A DNA stretch of 64,000 bases from IMG/VR virus record IMGVR_UViG_3300014043_000005. One strand, given 5' to 3'. Origin of the DNA: an uncultured virus (IMG/VR IMGVR_UViG_3300014043_000005) (Duplodnaviria; Heunggongvirae; Uroviricota; Caudoviricetes). The notes below the pieces were generated by a model. The model was given only the letters and a program-made list of their open reading frames with translations, was not told the origin of the DNA and did not search any database. Of the stretch, positions 31,960 through 44,300 are shown in pieces. Made by a program: the position numbers and the translations under genes. Positions within the stretch are counted from its first letter, which is position 1; each line of letters opens with the position of its first letter.

Positions 31960-32640
31960 GAGTGGGCACCGTCTCTTCAGGGCAGCGAGGAACCGCACAT
32001 CCACTTCCTCCGTCTCAATGCCATCAATCGAAATATCTGAACTTTCGCGAAATCGAACTTGTATCCTCCGCAAGGATGTGCTATCATGACGGATATGAGT
32101 TCATACAGGCGATACAACTATCGCGCATGCCACACGCAAGGGCAATGCCATGCCTTATCACGCTTGTATGATGCATGCAGATATGCCTACAACTTGGTGA
32201 TCGACCAGCGCGAACTCATGCGCGCCGTCTGGCTAAAAGCCTATTGGATGCGAACTGGACGCGCATCATCGACCGTATCAGGCAGTTCGCCGTCCAATAC
32301 GGCAGGACGGTCAAACTCAACTCATCGACCGGTGGAAGCCAACGAGTCAGACATGCTCCGTATGCAGGCATCGTGATGGCAGGAAATCGTTGAGCGTCCG
32401 CGCATGGGAGTGTCCCGAATGCGGCTCATTCCTTGACCGTGATTGGAATGCCGCTGTGAATATTCTTGACGCCGCAGGGCTTGCGGAGTCGTTAAACGCC
32501 CGTGAAGGCGATGTAAGACGGAGGCTGGCATGTTCCGGCTGCAACGCGAACGCCCGTGAAGCGGGAACCCGCCGAACCCCAAGCCTCCATTAAGGCGACA
32601 GACGTAGGAATCCCCCGCCTGAAGGCGGGGAGGAAGTCAA
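31960..32640 (+). mobile_element. tnpB: Internally deleted, frameshifted tnpB element (IS200/IS605 remnant)
   Basis: Fragments YRRYNYRA...CRYAYN, LAKSLLDANW and WECPECGSFLDRDWNAAVNI in different frames. Right end ...GGGGAGGAAGTCAA. Left boundary approximate. Confidence 0.85.
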
Positions 32641-33047
32641 TATTGATGACATGAGCACATTGGATTATCATACTACAGGCATTGATGATGAACACATGAC
32701 GGCATCGGCACCTGTTGATGGGAAACCATCATCGCGGAAACAACAATCAATGCTTCTCATCACTGTCATCATTGATGGGCTCATTGCAATCATTGCGCTC
32801 ATCACGGAAATCATATGCTGTGCTCATATGATAATCAGCATGATTCATGCTGAGGCAACCATGACATCAGTGGAGGGATTTCCTGATACCATTCATCATC
32901 ATTCAAATCGGGAATTGTATCAAATCGGGAATTGGATTAACATGATAATGGATATGACATGTCCAATGGAATGATTCAAACATGGCGTGTCGCAAAGAAT
33001 CATATGCTATCATTGAAAACAACAAGGAACACGGGAAGGGACGGATA

Positions 33048-33299
33048 ATGACAGTGAAACACACTACGTTCAGTGATGCGCCGGGCGCTCATGCGGCTGA
33101 CATTCTCAATGAGTACATTGAATCCAATCATTCCGTTATCGCTCATGAAACAGCTCGTGTGAAACTATTGAAGCTCATTGATGGCAATGCGTTTACATTG
33201 AACGCATACCTGTTATGGTGCCGTCGTTTGAACGATGTTGACGCAGGGCGTCCAATCACCAGCGCGTTCATCGGTAATCCGAACTATCATAAGATTTAA
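33048..33299 (+). CDS. Hypothetical protein
   Basis: ACACGGGAAGG leader, TGnTATCAT and GGCGTGTCGC box upstream. Confidence 0.6.
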   Translation: MTVKHTTFSDAPGAHAADILNEYIESNHSVIAHETARVKLLKLIDGNAFTLNAYLLWCRRLNDVDAGRPITSAFIGNPNYHKI

Positions 33300-33537
33300 T
33301 TGCAGGCATGAACGCAATAATCATGTTCACCTATGATGCAATATGAACATGATGAGCATAAACGTTATTCCAAATCATTAATCATCACTATCATATGCAT
33401 TCCCGTCATACTGCTCACAACTGGTTTCATAATTGATTCAACACCATCAGATGATGTTCAAACACGGGAAGCGAACATGAAATATTTCATTGGAGGCGGG
33501 AATGCCATCATGATTCCAATCTGCTATCATTGCAATC

Positions 33538-34401
33538 ATGAAACCAGTCAATACCGCGCGATTCAGCATCATGTCGCTTCCACGTTCATTCACGGATGAA
33601 CACAATGCGCTCATGAAAGCACATGCAAGCATGAATGATTACATTACAAGCATGAAAAGCATGTTCCCATACAAGAACATGCTGGATGATGAGATTCTAA
33701 CTCAATGGCTGGAATCATGCTGGCATCATAACAACATGCAGGATTCCGCATTGATTCCAATGCTTGCAACGAACATGATTCATAATGGCGCGATTGAACA
33801 TGAAACATGGGAATTCCTGTTCAATCCCATAACAATCAATATGATGCTGCAATGTCCATCATCAATCATCATGATAATCACACGGAACAACACCATATTG
33901 AATGGTTTCATGCGTTTAATCAGACAATTAGATGAGAATCATATTGGTTTCAATGATGATGTTAAACTCATGCTCACCGCGACGCTATATTCAACATCAA
34001 CAACCAATCCTGATTACAATGATGACATGATTCGTTCACTCAGTCTCATGCCTGATGCATGCATGATGCCATTTGACTGCATTCCGGAGCATGATAACGC
34101 ATTCATAACCGCAATGAGAATGCAGTCAATCCAGCATCGTTCATTAACGTTCAACCCGGCAATAACCACTGGCAGCGATGAAACGATAATAATCATGTTT
34201 TGGATGCTGAGAATAATGCATGCGATGTATCCAGGCAGGATAATTAATCTGGAACATGATTATCGGGAACATGGCATTGAACCAGTGGTGAATTCAATCA
34301 TGAACGCGCATGACACCACTATTGGCTATCCCTTGGAATACCGCAGGGAAATCGTGAGAATCGCCTTGGATGATTTGCCAGCATTCAACACCGGTGATTG
34401 A
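33538..34401 (+). CDS. Hypothetical helical protein (P.EY..E family)
   Basis: 287-aa ORF with C-terminal GYPLEYRREIV. Confidence 0.6.
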   Translation: MKPVNTARFSIMSLPRSFTDEHNALMKAHASMNDYITSMKSMFPYKNMLDDEILTQWLESCWHHNNMQDSALIPMLATNMIHNGAIEHETWEFLFNPITINMMLQCPSSIIMIITRNNTILNGFMRLIRQLDENHIGFNDDVKLMLTATLYSTSTTNPDYNDDMIRSLSLMPDACMMPFDCIPEHDNAFITAMRMQSIQHRSLTFNPAITTGSDETIIIMFWMLRIMHAMYPGRIINLEHDYREHGIEPVVNSIMNAHDTTIGYPLEYRREIVRIALDDLPAFNTGD

Positions 34402-35404
34402 TTACATATACTTTCATGATAGCACGGAATAGGAATCATCCATTCAACAGCATGTGAATGTTTTTAACGCAGATTGCATGCAACGGTTTCACGAATGAAT
34501 CCATCAGGCGACCATCATCATATCAACGTGCAATATGGCGTTCATCGGATATTGGAACCGCGTTATGAATAATGTTGATGGCATTTGAATCCAATGCGCA
34601 ATCATAATTTTCAGCCATGAATTATTCCATGCCCTGTATCAGGCAATTCAAATCAGCATCATGCTTATCAGCATGAATAATGCCATGAATACATACAATG
34701 TATTCATATGAAAGCATGAACAATGGTCAATCACATTATAATGCATACGCATAATGAATCCCATGATTGCATTGAAATCATTACGGTATCCGATATGCAG
34801 TCATTCAAATGCCGATAAATGCATACGCATGATTCTCAGTATAAGCAAGCGTATTATCCGCATTGGTTTCATCATAACCATATTTCATGGCATATGATGT
34901 GAGTTTTGATGCCATTGTATGCGGGATGCATCACGGCACGGGTCCATGATTGACGCCTTGCGAAAACCGGATCACGCAAGGTTGATGAGCCTATTGCATC
35001 CATCGTCAGTGAACTGATTCAACGTGAATTTCATAATATGTTCGCCGTGAATCCAACCATCGAAAACAACATCCGAATATGATAACACGACAATGATGCA
35101 ATCATAATATGCGACAGTTCCATGCTCGTTCAATGGCTCGATGACTGTATCATTAAGTCGTTCATTGAATTGTTCACAGCGCCGCCGTCATCATGCTTAT
35201 ATTGCCATTCCGTGTCTGTGTTCATCAATGTATCCAATGATAGCATATTATCATGCCGCTGCCATGCCGTTGGCGAATGTAATGTAATCATATCATTAGA
35301 ATGCCAGCATGTACACATATGTTCAACTGGAAGTGGATCGTGCCGTGATGCGTGATGGTTCTGCAGGTGCGAACACACCACCCCACCGTGCTTGGTGTCG
35401 CTCG

Positions 35405-36667
35405 CTGAAAACTCACACGGGTACTCGTACTCCCTGCTTGCTTTCAGGTGAACCAGGTCAAAACGAGTTCTTGAACAGTATGATTATATAATGATAATCA
35501 TTGATAACATGATACTGCCAATGTGGAATTGATTACATGCTTTCATTTGATGGCGCGATAACATGTGCGATGTGTCCTTTAACCGGGTGAATCATGTATT
35601 TCATCCGGATCAATCATGTCCGCGTCATTCAATGCCGCGTTTAAATACGCAGTGCCTTTCATGTTATTTCCTTTTTAATGCGTTCAATTGCATTCATGTT
35701 AACATGAGAATAATTCAAGAACCAAATTATCCGGCACGCGCATGGAATCAATACAGGTTAATTGGATTGGTATGCCGGTTCACCTGAAAGCGATTTACGT
35801 TTTCATTATTTATCATGGAGACCTCATGTCTTGTGCATGAGGAGGAATGTTGACAAACCAGTTGACATATGATAGCATTGATAGTATGAGTAATAAACTG
35901 TCAATTAGAGTGCGCGTGAAACCAGACGCTCAGGATGAGCGCACGCGGGATTGAGGACAGACTCATCCCAGAGTTTGATAATTGAAAATATATAGTATAT
36001 TATAGCGGTTATGAGCAATGCTTATGATAATCACTGATATGTTAAGGGTGATGAACGCTGCGGTGTTGTCAATCACCGCCCGTCCACCAGCAATTCTGGT
36101 ATGATGATATGACGGTCTGGCATGCGGATAACTTACACGCCAGTCAGGAATTAACTTGTTAGTTCCTGATGCCCGTTCCACGGACTCGGAGCACATAGGG
36201 TATCCAGTCACAAACCATGACTCTTGTAGTCATGGTAATTGATATGCTCTCATTTGCATGCATAATTGCTGTGCTGTTGTATTGCTGTTGTATTGATGAG
36301 CGCTTCAATACGAAGAAGAAGTATTCCCATACTGGGAATCCGTGAAAATCGACGTTAATGAAATCAGAGCATGATATCGGCATGAAATTGCGAAACGATT
36401 GAATGCTGAAAATCGATGCCGTCCACAGAGCCGAATATTCCGCGCTCTGTGGACGGCTGTTTTAATCAGAATCGTGGTGAACCCTGTTTTCGATGCGTTT
36501 GCTCACAAAACAAGTAAAATCGCCGTCAGAATCGAAATCAAATATTTCGGTTATCTGATTTTTCATGTGCTTAATACATTGAAACCTGCATGTAATCGCG
36601 TTTAAAAACGGCTTTCTGACCTGGTTCACCTGAAAGCAAGCAGGGAGTACCCCTGTGAGTTTCAGGG
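35405..36667. repeat. Inverted-repeat-bounded non-coding module A
   Basis: Long repeat + at ~35405-35459 and - at ~36617-36667, short core at 35775-35792, palindromic repeat copy 4 at 36407-36545. Confidence 0.85.
35814..35970 (+). mobile_element. Probable IS200/IS605 left-end remnant with a tnpB-like start
   Basis: TTTAT|CA junction, hairpin CCTCATG...CATGAGG, short ORF MSNKLSIRVRVKPD. Confidence 0.45.
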
Positions 36668-37203
36668 CGCGACAGACAGCTGGAAAACCCTCACGGCTCC
36701 CTGTACAACATGCGCTCCTGATTATCTGTTCGCTGCATGATGCCAGCATGTTCACGGCATGCCAACAGGTGTGTGCGGAATCATTGAATATGAATCATGA
36801 GCGACCAGTGACGGCGGCGTCATTATTTTCAAATATGGCTGTCCAGCATACCGGCATTCCAATATGAGAATCATGCCATTCCGCGCGTATCTCTCATACA
36901 TTATTGCATTCATGTTCTCACAATGCCCGCATCAATTGTATTCGCTGCCGTCAATGTCCGCAAGCAAGCGCATTATCCCCTGTAAGCCATTTAAACGCCT
37001 CTATGACGGCATGAACGCATGAAAACATATAACTTATCATGTTCAAGCATGTTAAGCGGTTAGAACGACGTTAAACGCATTACGCGCGTTCTATACATGC
37101 GGTAGATCATTGATTGTGTCCAATTCACGCGACACGCCGGTTGTTTGATTCTGATTGGAATAATGTTATAATGATGGCATTGGATGCAGGAAAGGATAAT
37201 ATT

Positions 37204-37554
37204 ATGAGGAAACAATATGATAACAGCACTGTGAACATTGGCGATTACATCATCGTGTCATGGGGCGCGACAATGACATTGCATGATTTCTATCAGGTTA
37301 TTGCAATCAATGGACGCACGCAGGTTACAGTGCAGTCAGTCGAGAAGGAAATCGTGCCGTCGCCGCGCCCGTTCGAACGTGGCGCGCGAATCAAACAACA
37401 GGCGAACACGTATGGTGCGATGGAACGCCATTATGTCCGTCGTGTGAACACTGTTAACGGTGAGCATTACGTGATTGATTTCAACAAGTATCAGCATGGT
37501 TATAAGATTGATGATGTGAACCATGTATACATTGAAAACACTTGCGGAAACTGA
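37204..37554 (+). CDS. Hypothetical protein
   Basis: GCGACACGCCGG-TTGATT-N16-TATAAT promoter and RBS GGAAAGGA. Confidence 0.7.
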   Translation: MRKQYDNSTVNIGDYIIVSWGATMTLHDFYQVIAINGRTQVTVQSVEKEIVPSPRPFERGARIKQQANTYGAMERHYVRRVNTVNGEHYVIDFNKYQHGYKIDDVNHVYIENTCGN

Positions 37555-37968
37555 TTAATTGACATTTATAATAATCGGTTTCAATTGAATATGCCGTATC
37601 CGTGATTTCACGGATACGGCACCGGCAGTGAGCGTGGAATGATACTTATGATTCACACGGAGTAATTGCCTGTTTTTTCATATAATCATCTCATGAAACC
37701 GGACATGACATTATTCGGCATGTCCGGTTTCAATATACGCCATGAGCGAATCATATTGATTGAACGCATCGTGAACGATTGCGCGTATGCTTTCTTTCAT
37801 CATCCATCAATGTCCACAAATGTGGACATTGATTGTTTGTTTTTGCAAACACGATTCCGCGTGATATGGATGATTAATGGATATGAATTCGTTCAGAGCC
37901 AGCGGAATGAACAAGCTTCGCGCTGGCTCGTTTTTTTAACATGGTATTCCAAATGATATACTATTATC

Positions 37969-39510
37969 ATGATAACATTGAACACAATCATCCAATGGTT
38001 CATGAAACCATTACGCCATGCATCATGGTTGAATCGATTCCGGGGACTCATTCTGATTGCATCCAGTGCAATCATGCTGGCATTCGCTTTAAGCACGCCA
38101 TATGATTACGCGGAGCATGATTCCTTTGCGGTGGATGATTATCGTGGTGGACACGCCGCGTACATATGGTGGATGAGTGATGACCATCTGTTTGAAATAC
38201 CATCATGGGACACACGGGTTGTCAAGGATGGCGTGTTCAATGCATCCAATGGCGGCATGTGGAGTTGGAATAATCCGCCATTATATTATTGGCTCATGGC
38301 TATACCCGTATGGTTCGCAAGACTGCTCACGAACATGTTCAATCTGGGTTGGACCGTTAACGGGATAATGCTCGTTCCGCAAGTGTTCGGCGTGATAATC
38401 ATGATTGCGTTCATGCTATTATCAATTGAAACCATGCATGCATTGGAATTAGATGACAGGATGCTGAACATTGGAACATTATTATTATGTTCCGCGCCAA
38501 CACTAATGTATGAGTCACGTTCAATCGGAAATGATGTCCTGCTTGCATTATTGTTTCTGCTTGGATTACGATTCCTGATGACATGGTGGCATGAACCATC
38601 ATTGAAAAACAGCGCGATAATCGCTTTAATCACAGGATTGGCTTGTATGACGAAAGTGAATGGTTTCATTCTCATGCTCATTGCATTCATTGTGTTCATC
38701 ATCCGCGTCATCGCATGGTTCCATGAGAACAGGAAAACCGGTGAGAATAAGACAACCGGCGATGATGGCATTATGATGACATGGTTTGATTGGTTGAAGG
38801 ATGCTGGCATGTTCACTTTGATTGCATTGCCATTATCATTCTGGTATCAATTATATGAGTATGTTGAATTCCATGTTCCATTGTTTTTCGTTCAGCGTCC
38901 ATTCTATGCCGGTGAGGTGAAAGGTTATGATAACCCTGAACCGGCGATAGGATTCAATGGCGGTGTGAGCAGATGGTTCCATGCTGTCATCAATCAGCCT
39001 ACGATTTCACCGGATGATGATTCGAACATTCCAGTGAATGCAGTGAAATCATATGTGAACAGCCTGTTCATGCCCCGTGAACCATTCCTGGGATTATTGC
39101 ACTGGATTGGATTCGGACTGGGACTAATAATGCTTATCATCATGTTCATTTTCATGATGACAGGTTTAACCGGCATTATGAAACGCGGATTCCATGGCTT
39201 ATCACCGGAATGGATTATAAGCGGTGTCAGCATTATGATAATGGGTTTATTCTATGTGTATTGTTGTTATCGTGAACCGGTCACGTCAACGCCGAATGTC
39301 CGTTACATCATAATGTTGTTCCCGTTCATCATATCCATTATCATGCATGCAATGCAATCATTGCTGGAATCAAATAACATCATCATGAGAAGAATCGGCA
39401 TTGTAATCATGATTATCAGCATATTATTCGCCATGACATGTTTCATGATAAATGGAACGCTGACAATTGATTGCATGACTGGCATTGCGTTTAAGCCAAT
39501 CATGAAATGA
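37969..39510 (+). CDS. GT-C membrane glycosyltransferase (ArnT/PMT, GT39-like)
   Basis: Many TM helices; DD..GHAAY, NPPLYY, SIGNDVL and GLACMTK motifs; C-terminal RY. Confidence 0.8.
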   Translation: MITLNTIIQWFMKPLRHASWLNRFRGLILIASSAIMLAFALSTPYDYAEHDSFAVDDYRGGHAAYIWWMSDDHLFEIPSWDTRVVKDGVFNASNGGMWSWNNPPLYYWLMAIPVWFARLLTNMFNLGWTVNGIMLVPQVFGVIIMIAFMLLSIETMHALELDDRMLNIGTLLLCSAPTLMYESRSIGNDVLLALLFLLGLRFLMTWWHEPSLKNSAIIALITGLACMTKVNGFILMLIAFIVFIIRVIAWFHENRKTGENKTTGDDGIMMTWFDWLKDAGMFTLIALPLSFWYQLYEYVEFHVPLFFVQRPFYAGEVKGYDNPEPAIGFNGGVSRWFHAVINQPTISPDDDSNIPVNAVKSYVNSLFMPREPFLGLLHWIGFGLGLIMLIIMFIFMMTGLTGIMKRGFHGLSPEWIISGVSIMIMGLFYVYCCYREPVTSTPNVRYIIMLFPFIISIIMHAMQSLLESNNIIMRRIGIVIMIISILFAMTCFMINGTLTIDCMTGIAFKPIMK

Positions 39511-39607
39511 TGGCTCCCGTCTTAACATGACGTATTGGAATCAAGCATGTTCACAGGAATCATTCGGAATCATGGCATTATATCACTGATATGAAATCAT
39601 GATTACA

Positions 39608-39919
39608 TTAAATGCGCACGATGAAGCCAATGATGGCTATCACGCTGGCGGTCAGGTAAGCGATAACGAGAATGTTCGCATTGAATACAGTGGACAGAAT
39701 GATTGAAATGAGAGTATTCAGGATGATAATGTGGAATTTCATGAGTTCGGTGAATGGCGTATCCTGTTTAACCGGTTCATTCTGTGGCTTTCTTTCCGCA
39801 TGTATGATACTATCATTAGATGCACTGATAGTATGATAATCGTTCTTTCTCATGGATTCTATGATTTCCTTTCTATCTGATGATTCAATCATGAAATACA
39901 ATCGTGTACATGAATGCAT
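39608..39919 (-). CDS. Small membrane protein
   Basis: Two C-terminal hydrophobic segments. Start uncertain. Confidence 0.4.
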   Translation of the reverse strand: MHSCTRLYFMIESSDRKEIIESMRKNDYHTISASNDSIIHAERKPQNEPVKQDTPFTELMKFHIIILNTLISIILSTVFNANILVIAYLTASVIAIIGFIVRI

Positions 39920-39958
39920 GTGTTCGCTGGAATTAAACCATTGATATCAGAAGCATGC

Positions 39959-41269
39959 TCATACCACCATTCTCATGGTTTCAATCAGATACTCATCCGG
40001 CATATCCCAGTCAGTTATGATGGTAGTCAATGGTGCGTTCAAATCATACTCATCCCCATTGAACGCGCTCATAAGAATCTTGATAATACGATTGAATGCA
40101 ATGAAATCATTCTCATTCCTGCATGAATCCATGATTGCATATAATACATCATTATCATTAACCATGCGCATCGCTTTAATCATTTCATCGGATAGCGCTA
40201 ATGCGTTCATATCAGCATGAGTCCAATCAAATGATAATGCACGATCAATGAAAACAGTATTGAATAAATAAATCTTATGCATGATACACAGTGATGGTGA
40301 ATAGAATGATTGTGATAACATGTTTAAAATCATGATTGGATTATAATCCGAATCATTCATTGCAATAATATTATCCAGCATACTATTAATGCTCTCATAT
40401 GCATGCATGACATCACTCATGGTTCTCACTGCATGTAATCCCAATGTTCTGTTGATATTTGCATCAACCATTATTTTCCATGATGTTTGATAATTATAAT
40501 TGAACTGCGCATCATCATTCTCATACATGCGTTCAATGGAATCAATTTTGTTGTTAATGCTGGTTTCTTTCAATCCGGTTTTCAATTCATACATGCCTAT
40601 GAACTCATGAACACATGGAAACGAACTATTATAAGCAGTTTCTCGTATTCTCAATGGAATCCATGCCAGTGATTCCTCCTCATTGAACGGGAACATGGTA
40701 CCATTGAACGCCATCAGGAAATCATTGAATGACATTGGATTGCCATGATGCTTATACATCATGAACGCATGATGCGCAAGCGGTTGGCAACTGGCTTTAT
40801 CAATGAAATCCAATGCGTGCATGAGTTCATTCGTGTTCACTTCCATGAGCATGTTAATGATTCGGGCGCGCATGTTCTCGACAATGAAATTAAAACAGAA
40901 CGGATCATTTGCGTTCATTGCTTTTAGATTATTAATAATATTGTCAATACGCTTACCATATTTCGTTCTTATGCCGCTGATTTTTAATGATTCCAGCATG
41001 TCATGGATTATTTTCATGCGTCCAATGATAGCATGATTCATCATTCTCATGGTTTCAATCAGGTGCTCATCCGGCATGTTCAAATCATTAATGATTGGAT
41101 TCATGATGTGCTGGGATATCTGTAAATCGATGCCGTTCACGGGGCTTATTATTGCGTGCTCTGAAACTAAGAGTGCTCTCATCGGATTAATGGAAAGCAT
41201 GGTTTTCGATATGTTGATTACAATGATTCCAGAATGATTCCATTGAACACATGCGGACGCCATGAACAA
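39959..41269 (-). CDS. Hypothetical helical protein (P.EY..E family, motif present twice)
   Basis: MPDEHLIETMRM near the N-terminus and MPDEYLIETMRM at the C-terminus. Confidence 0.6.
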   Translation of the reverse strand: MFMASACVQWNHSGIIVINISKTMLSINPMRALLVSEHAIISPVNGIDLQISQHIMNPIINDLNMPDEHLIETMRMMNHAIIGRMKIIHDMLESLKISGIRTKYGKRIDNIINNLKAMNANDPFCFNFIVENMRARIINMLMEVNTNELMHALDFIDKASCQPLAHHAFMMYKHHGNPMSFNDFLMAFNGTMFPFNEEESLAWIPLRIRETAYNSSFPCVHEFIGMYELKTGLKETSINNKIDSIERMYENDDAQFNYNYQTSWKIMVDANINRTLGLHAVRTMSDVMHAYESINSMLDNIIAMNDSDYNPIMILNMLSQSFYSPSLCIMHKIYLFNTVFIDRALSFDWTHADMNALALSDEMIKAMRMVNDNDVLYAIMDSCRNENDFIAFNRIIKILMSAFNGDEYDLNAPLTTIITDWDMPDEYLIETMRMVV

Positions 41270-41322
41270 GGGGTTGATTACATTATGTTCATGGCGTCCA
41301 ATAATGGATCATGCTGGCTTGT

Positions 41323-44300
41323 TCAGCGTCCAGCGGGTTTCATGATATTACGCGCTGGTGGGCAATCCGGGACATGTGATTTAATGTAAATCCAGTCATC
41401 ATCCGTGAGTATACCCGCGAACACTGTTTTCAGATCATCATCCGTCCAATCCGAATCATAACCTGTCTTACCAGTCCGGGGATTCACAGTCTCGGATAAG
41501 TCTGGAATGAAACGATATACGGTCTTAAGGGTATCCTGATTGAATGCAGTGGCATTCAATATATACATGAAAAGATTTGTATTTATATATGAAATAAAAT
41601 TATTGCATGTATCTTTTGTATCAAATGCAGACACGATAAAACTATCACAACATGCTTCATTTGGAAGAAGCATTCCAGCGTCTCTTCCCATCCTGTATGC
41701 GCCGGATTTAGGTAATAATACTTTATAAGAGTCAAATATATTCAGCTTATCAGAAAATACTGGAACATATGCTTTTATACTATTATCATAATCTTTTAAT
41801 CCTTCCGGTATAATCCAGAAGTCATAATCAGAATTGTCCTTGTTTCGCATCCATGATTTAATTCCGGATCCTGTTTTCACAATATGATTATATGCTTCAC
41901 GGGTTGAATCTGTTGTGAGATAACCCCGGATTCCGAATGGATTCCACCCTGTTATCCTGTCGCTAACAGGGCGGAATCCAGTAATGGAATCCACCTTCTT
42001 AATAATCTGCTTATCCGCATCATCCATATAGGATAATTCAGATGAAATATCCTTAGAATCAATGAATACACCATTATCATAGAATGGAATCAAACCATTA
42101 TTATCATATGAATCATCACGAACGACAATATTCACCTTATCTGGTAATCCAGCTCCCGGGAACATTTCATTCGATGGATAATCATCAACCATGATGATGC
42201 CGGTATCAGCACGCATGATATCATGCCCGCCTGATCCTGATGCCTTTCCGGATGATGTTCTCCATCCTACCATGAAAACCATGTCTACAATGTGTGCAAT
42301 CTCACGCGAGGCAAGATAGAAGAACTGATACAGGTTCTCTGTCTTATTATGTTCTTTCGTGTTATACGGTGGATTGCCAACCGCGACATCGAACAATGAC
42401 GCATCATCAGAAACCGGAATGGATGCAATGTAATCATGAATGGATTGCTTGACTGCTTTATCCGATGCTTTCGCGATTTTCGGTTTACCAGTTTTCTTAT
42501 CCATAATCACATTCCCGTTCTTATCTATTCGCGTGTAATCATGAATGATGAAACCATCATTCATTGTATATGATATCAACTGCTGACCATTATTATCCTT
42601 CACAACATTCCGTAATGTCGAATCCCACGATTTCGCCATTATATCAAGTTTATTATGAATATCCTTGAAGTCAGTGAACGCATATGGCAATAGTTTACGA
42701 ACATCAGTTTCATCGCATTTCAACATGATTCTCATAATGGATGGAATATTGACATACGAGACATGCTCATCCAGTTCATTCGCATCCATGATTCTCGCGC
42801 CGTTCAGGATGGTTCGGGCAATGAATGCACTGGATGCATTCGCCGCGAGAACATACACGCCATGATGCGTCTTATTATCATTAATGGAATCGGATTGTTC
42901 GCAATGTCTGCCGATGGTTTCACCTGCGACGGCACGATGCCAATAACACCATTGTTGCTCATTCGGTAATTCATTGAAATCATCGCATTCAATGATGCCA
43001 TTGATCTTATCATCATTGAACAATGCAATGATGCGTGTAATGATTGCCAGCATTGCATAACGAGAGTCCTTCGCGCCGATTTCCAGTATGGAATCATGTA
43101 ACCAGTCAATGTTTGCACTGGATTCATTGGATTCACTATCAGAATTATCATTCACGCTGGCATCATTGTCCTCATTGGAATCATTAATACTGATAATACC
43201 AGCTGGTTTAATGATGTTGCCAGTGAATTCACTTGTCAGATTATTAATGTCAACGACTCCAATGGTTCGTCTCAAATGATTGAAAGCAGTATTCAACGGC
43301 GTGAACACTTGCGTGCCTGAACCAATGAATCTATCCAACGCATTATTAATAGTATGATAGAATTCCATTACACTGACGGCATTATAATCCAATGCGCGTT
43401 TGAATGATTCCCATAATGTCTGCAACCATGAGTCCACAATGCTATTATCCGTGTATTTGATGATTGCCTGCTGCATATGCTTATCATAAGCAGTGTTCAC
43501 ATTGTAATCATTCATGACTGCAATGCGAATCTTCTTATCACAGCCATTCCATATGTCCGCATGAGTCGGTTCGCTGTCCTTGAATGCATTGCATGTGCTC
43601 ATTGAAGCCAGCATTATGAGTGGAATCATTCGTAGTATGTTCAGCATTGCCTTGTTGAAATCATCAGTGCTCATAACACTGGTTGATGAGCCAGTATTGC
43701 CTCCTGATACTGTCTTATTCGCTGTTTTATTAGTCTGTTGCTTCGTTGTTTTACCAGTATTCCTATGTTTATTTGCCGTTCGCGTGTTTACATTACGGTT
43801 CTTGCGTTCATTCACATTCATGAATGCAGTCATGAGTTCCCTGTAAGCGTCATTAGTCGGTGCCGATAACAGCGCGTTCATGTTAACTGCGTTAATGAAC
43901 GCAGTGCTGATTCCATTCGCTCCCAGTATTGAACGCATTGTGTTCTCATTCAATGCGTTCCTGATTGACTTAACCAAATCATTCGATTCGATGCGTTTCA
44001 TGCAATCGCCATCGGAACCATACACAGTGAACGCATCCGCCATCGTATCATCAATATTCTGTTTATTCTCATTGTGTTCATTGTCATCATCACAGTGATT
44101 ATTATGGTGATTCACAATACCATTCAACACGACATACTGACGGTTTGGATTCATGTCGAATATGAAGCATTGTGTTTTCGCATGGGATTCATTGGATTCA
44201 TTATCATCATTGATGATCCAACCATGCTTGTCATAATGACATGGCGTTTTCGCCCTGCAATATCGTTGCCAGCATACATTCGCATCAGTTGAATCTGTCA

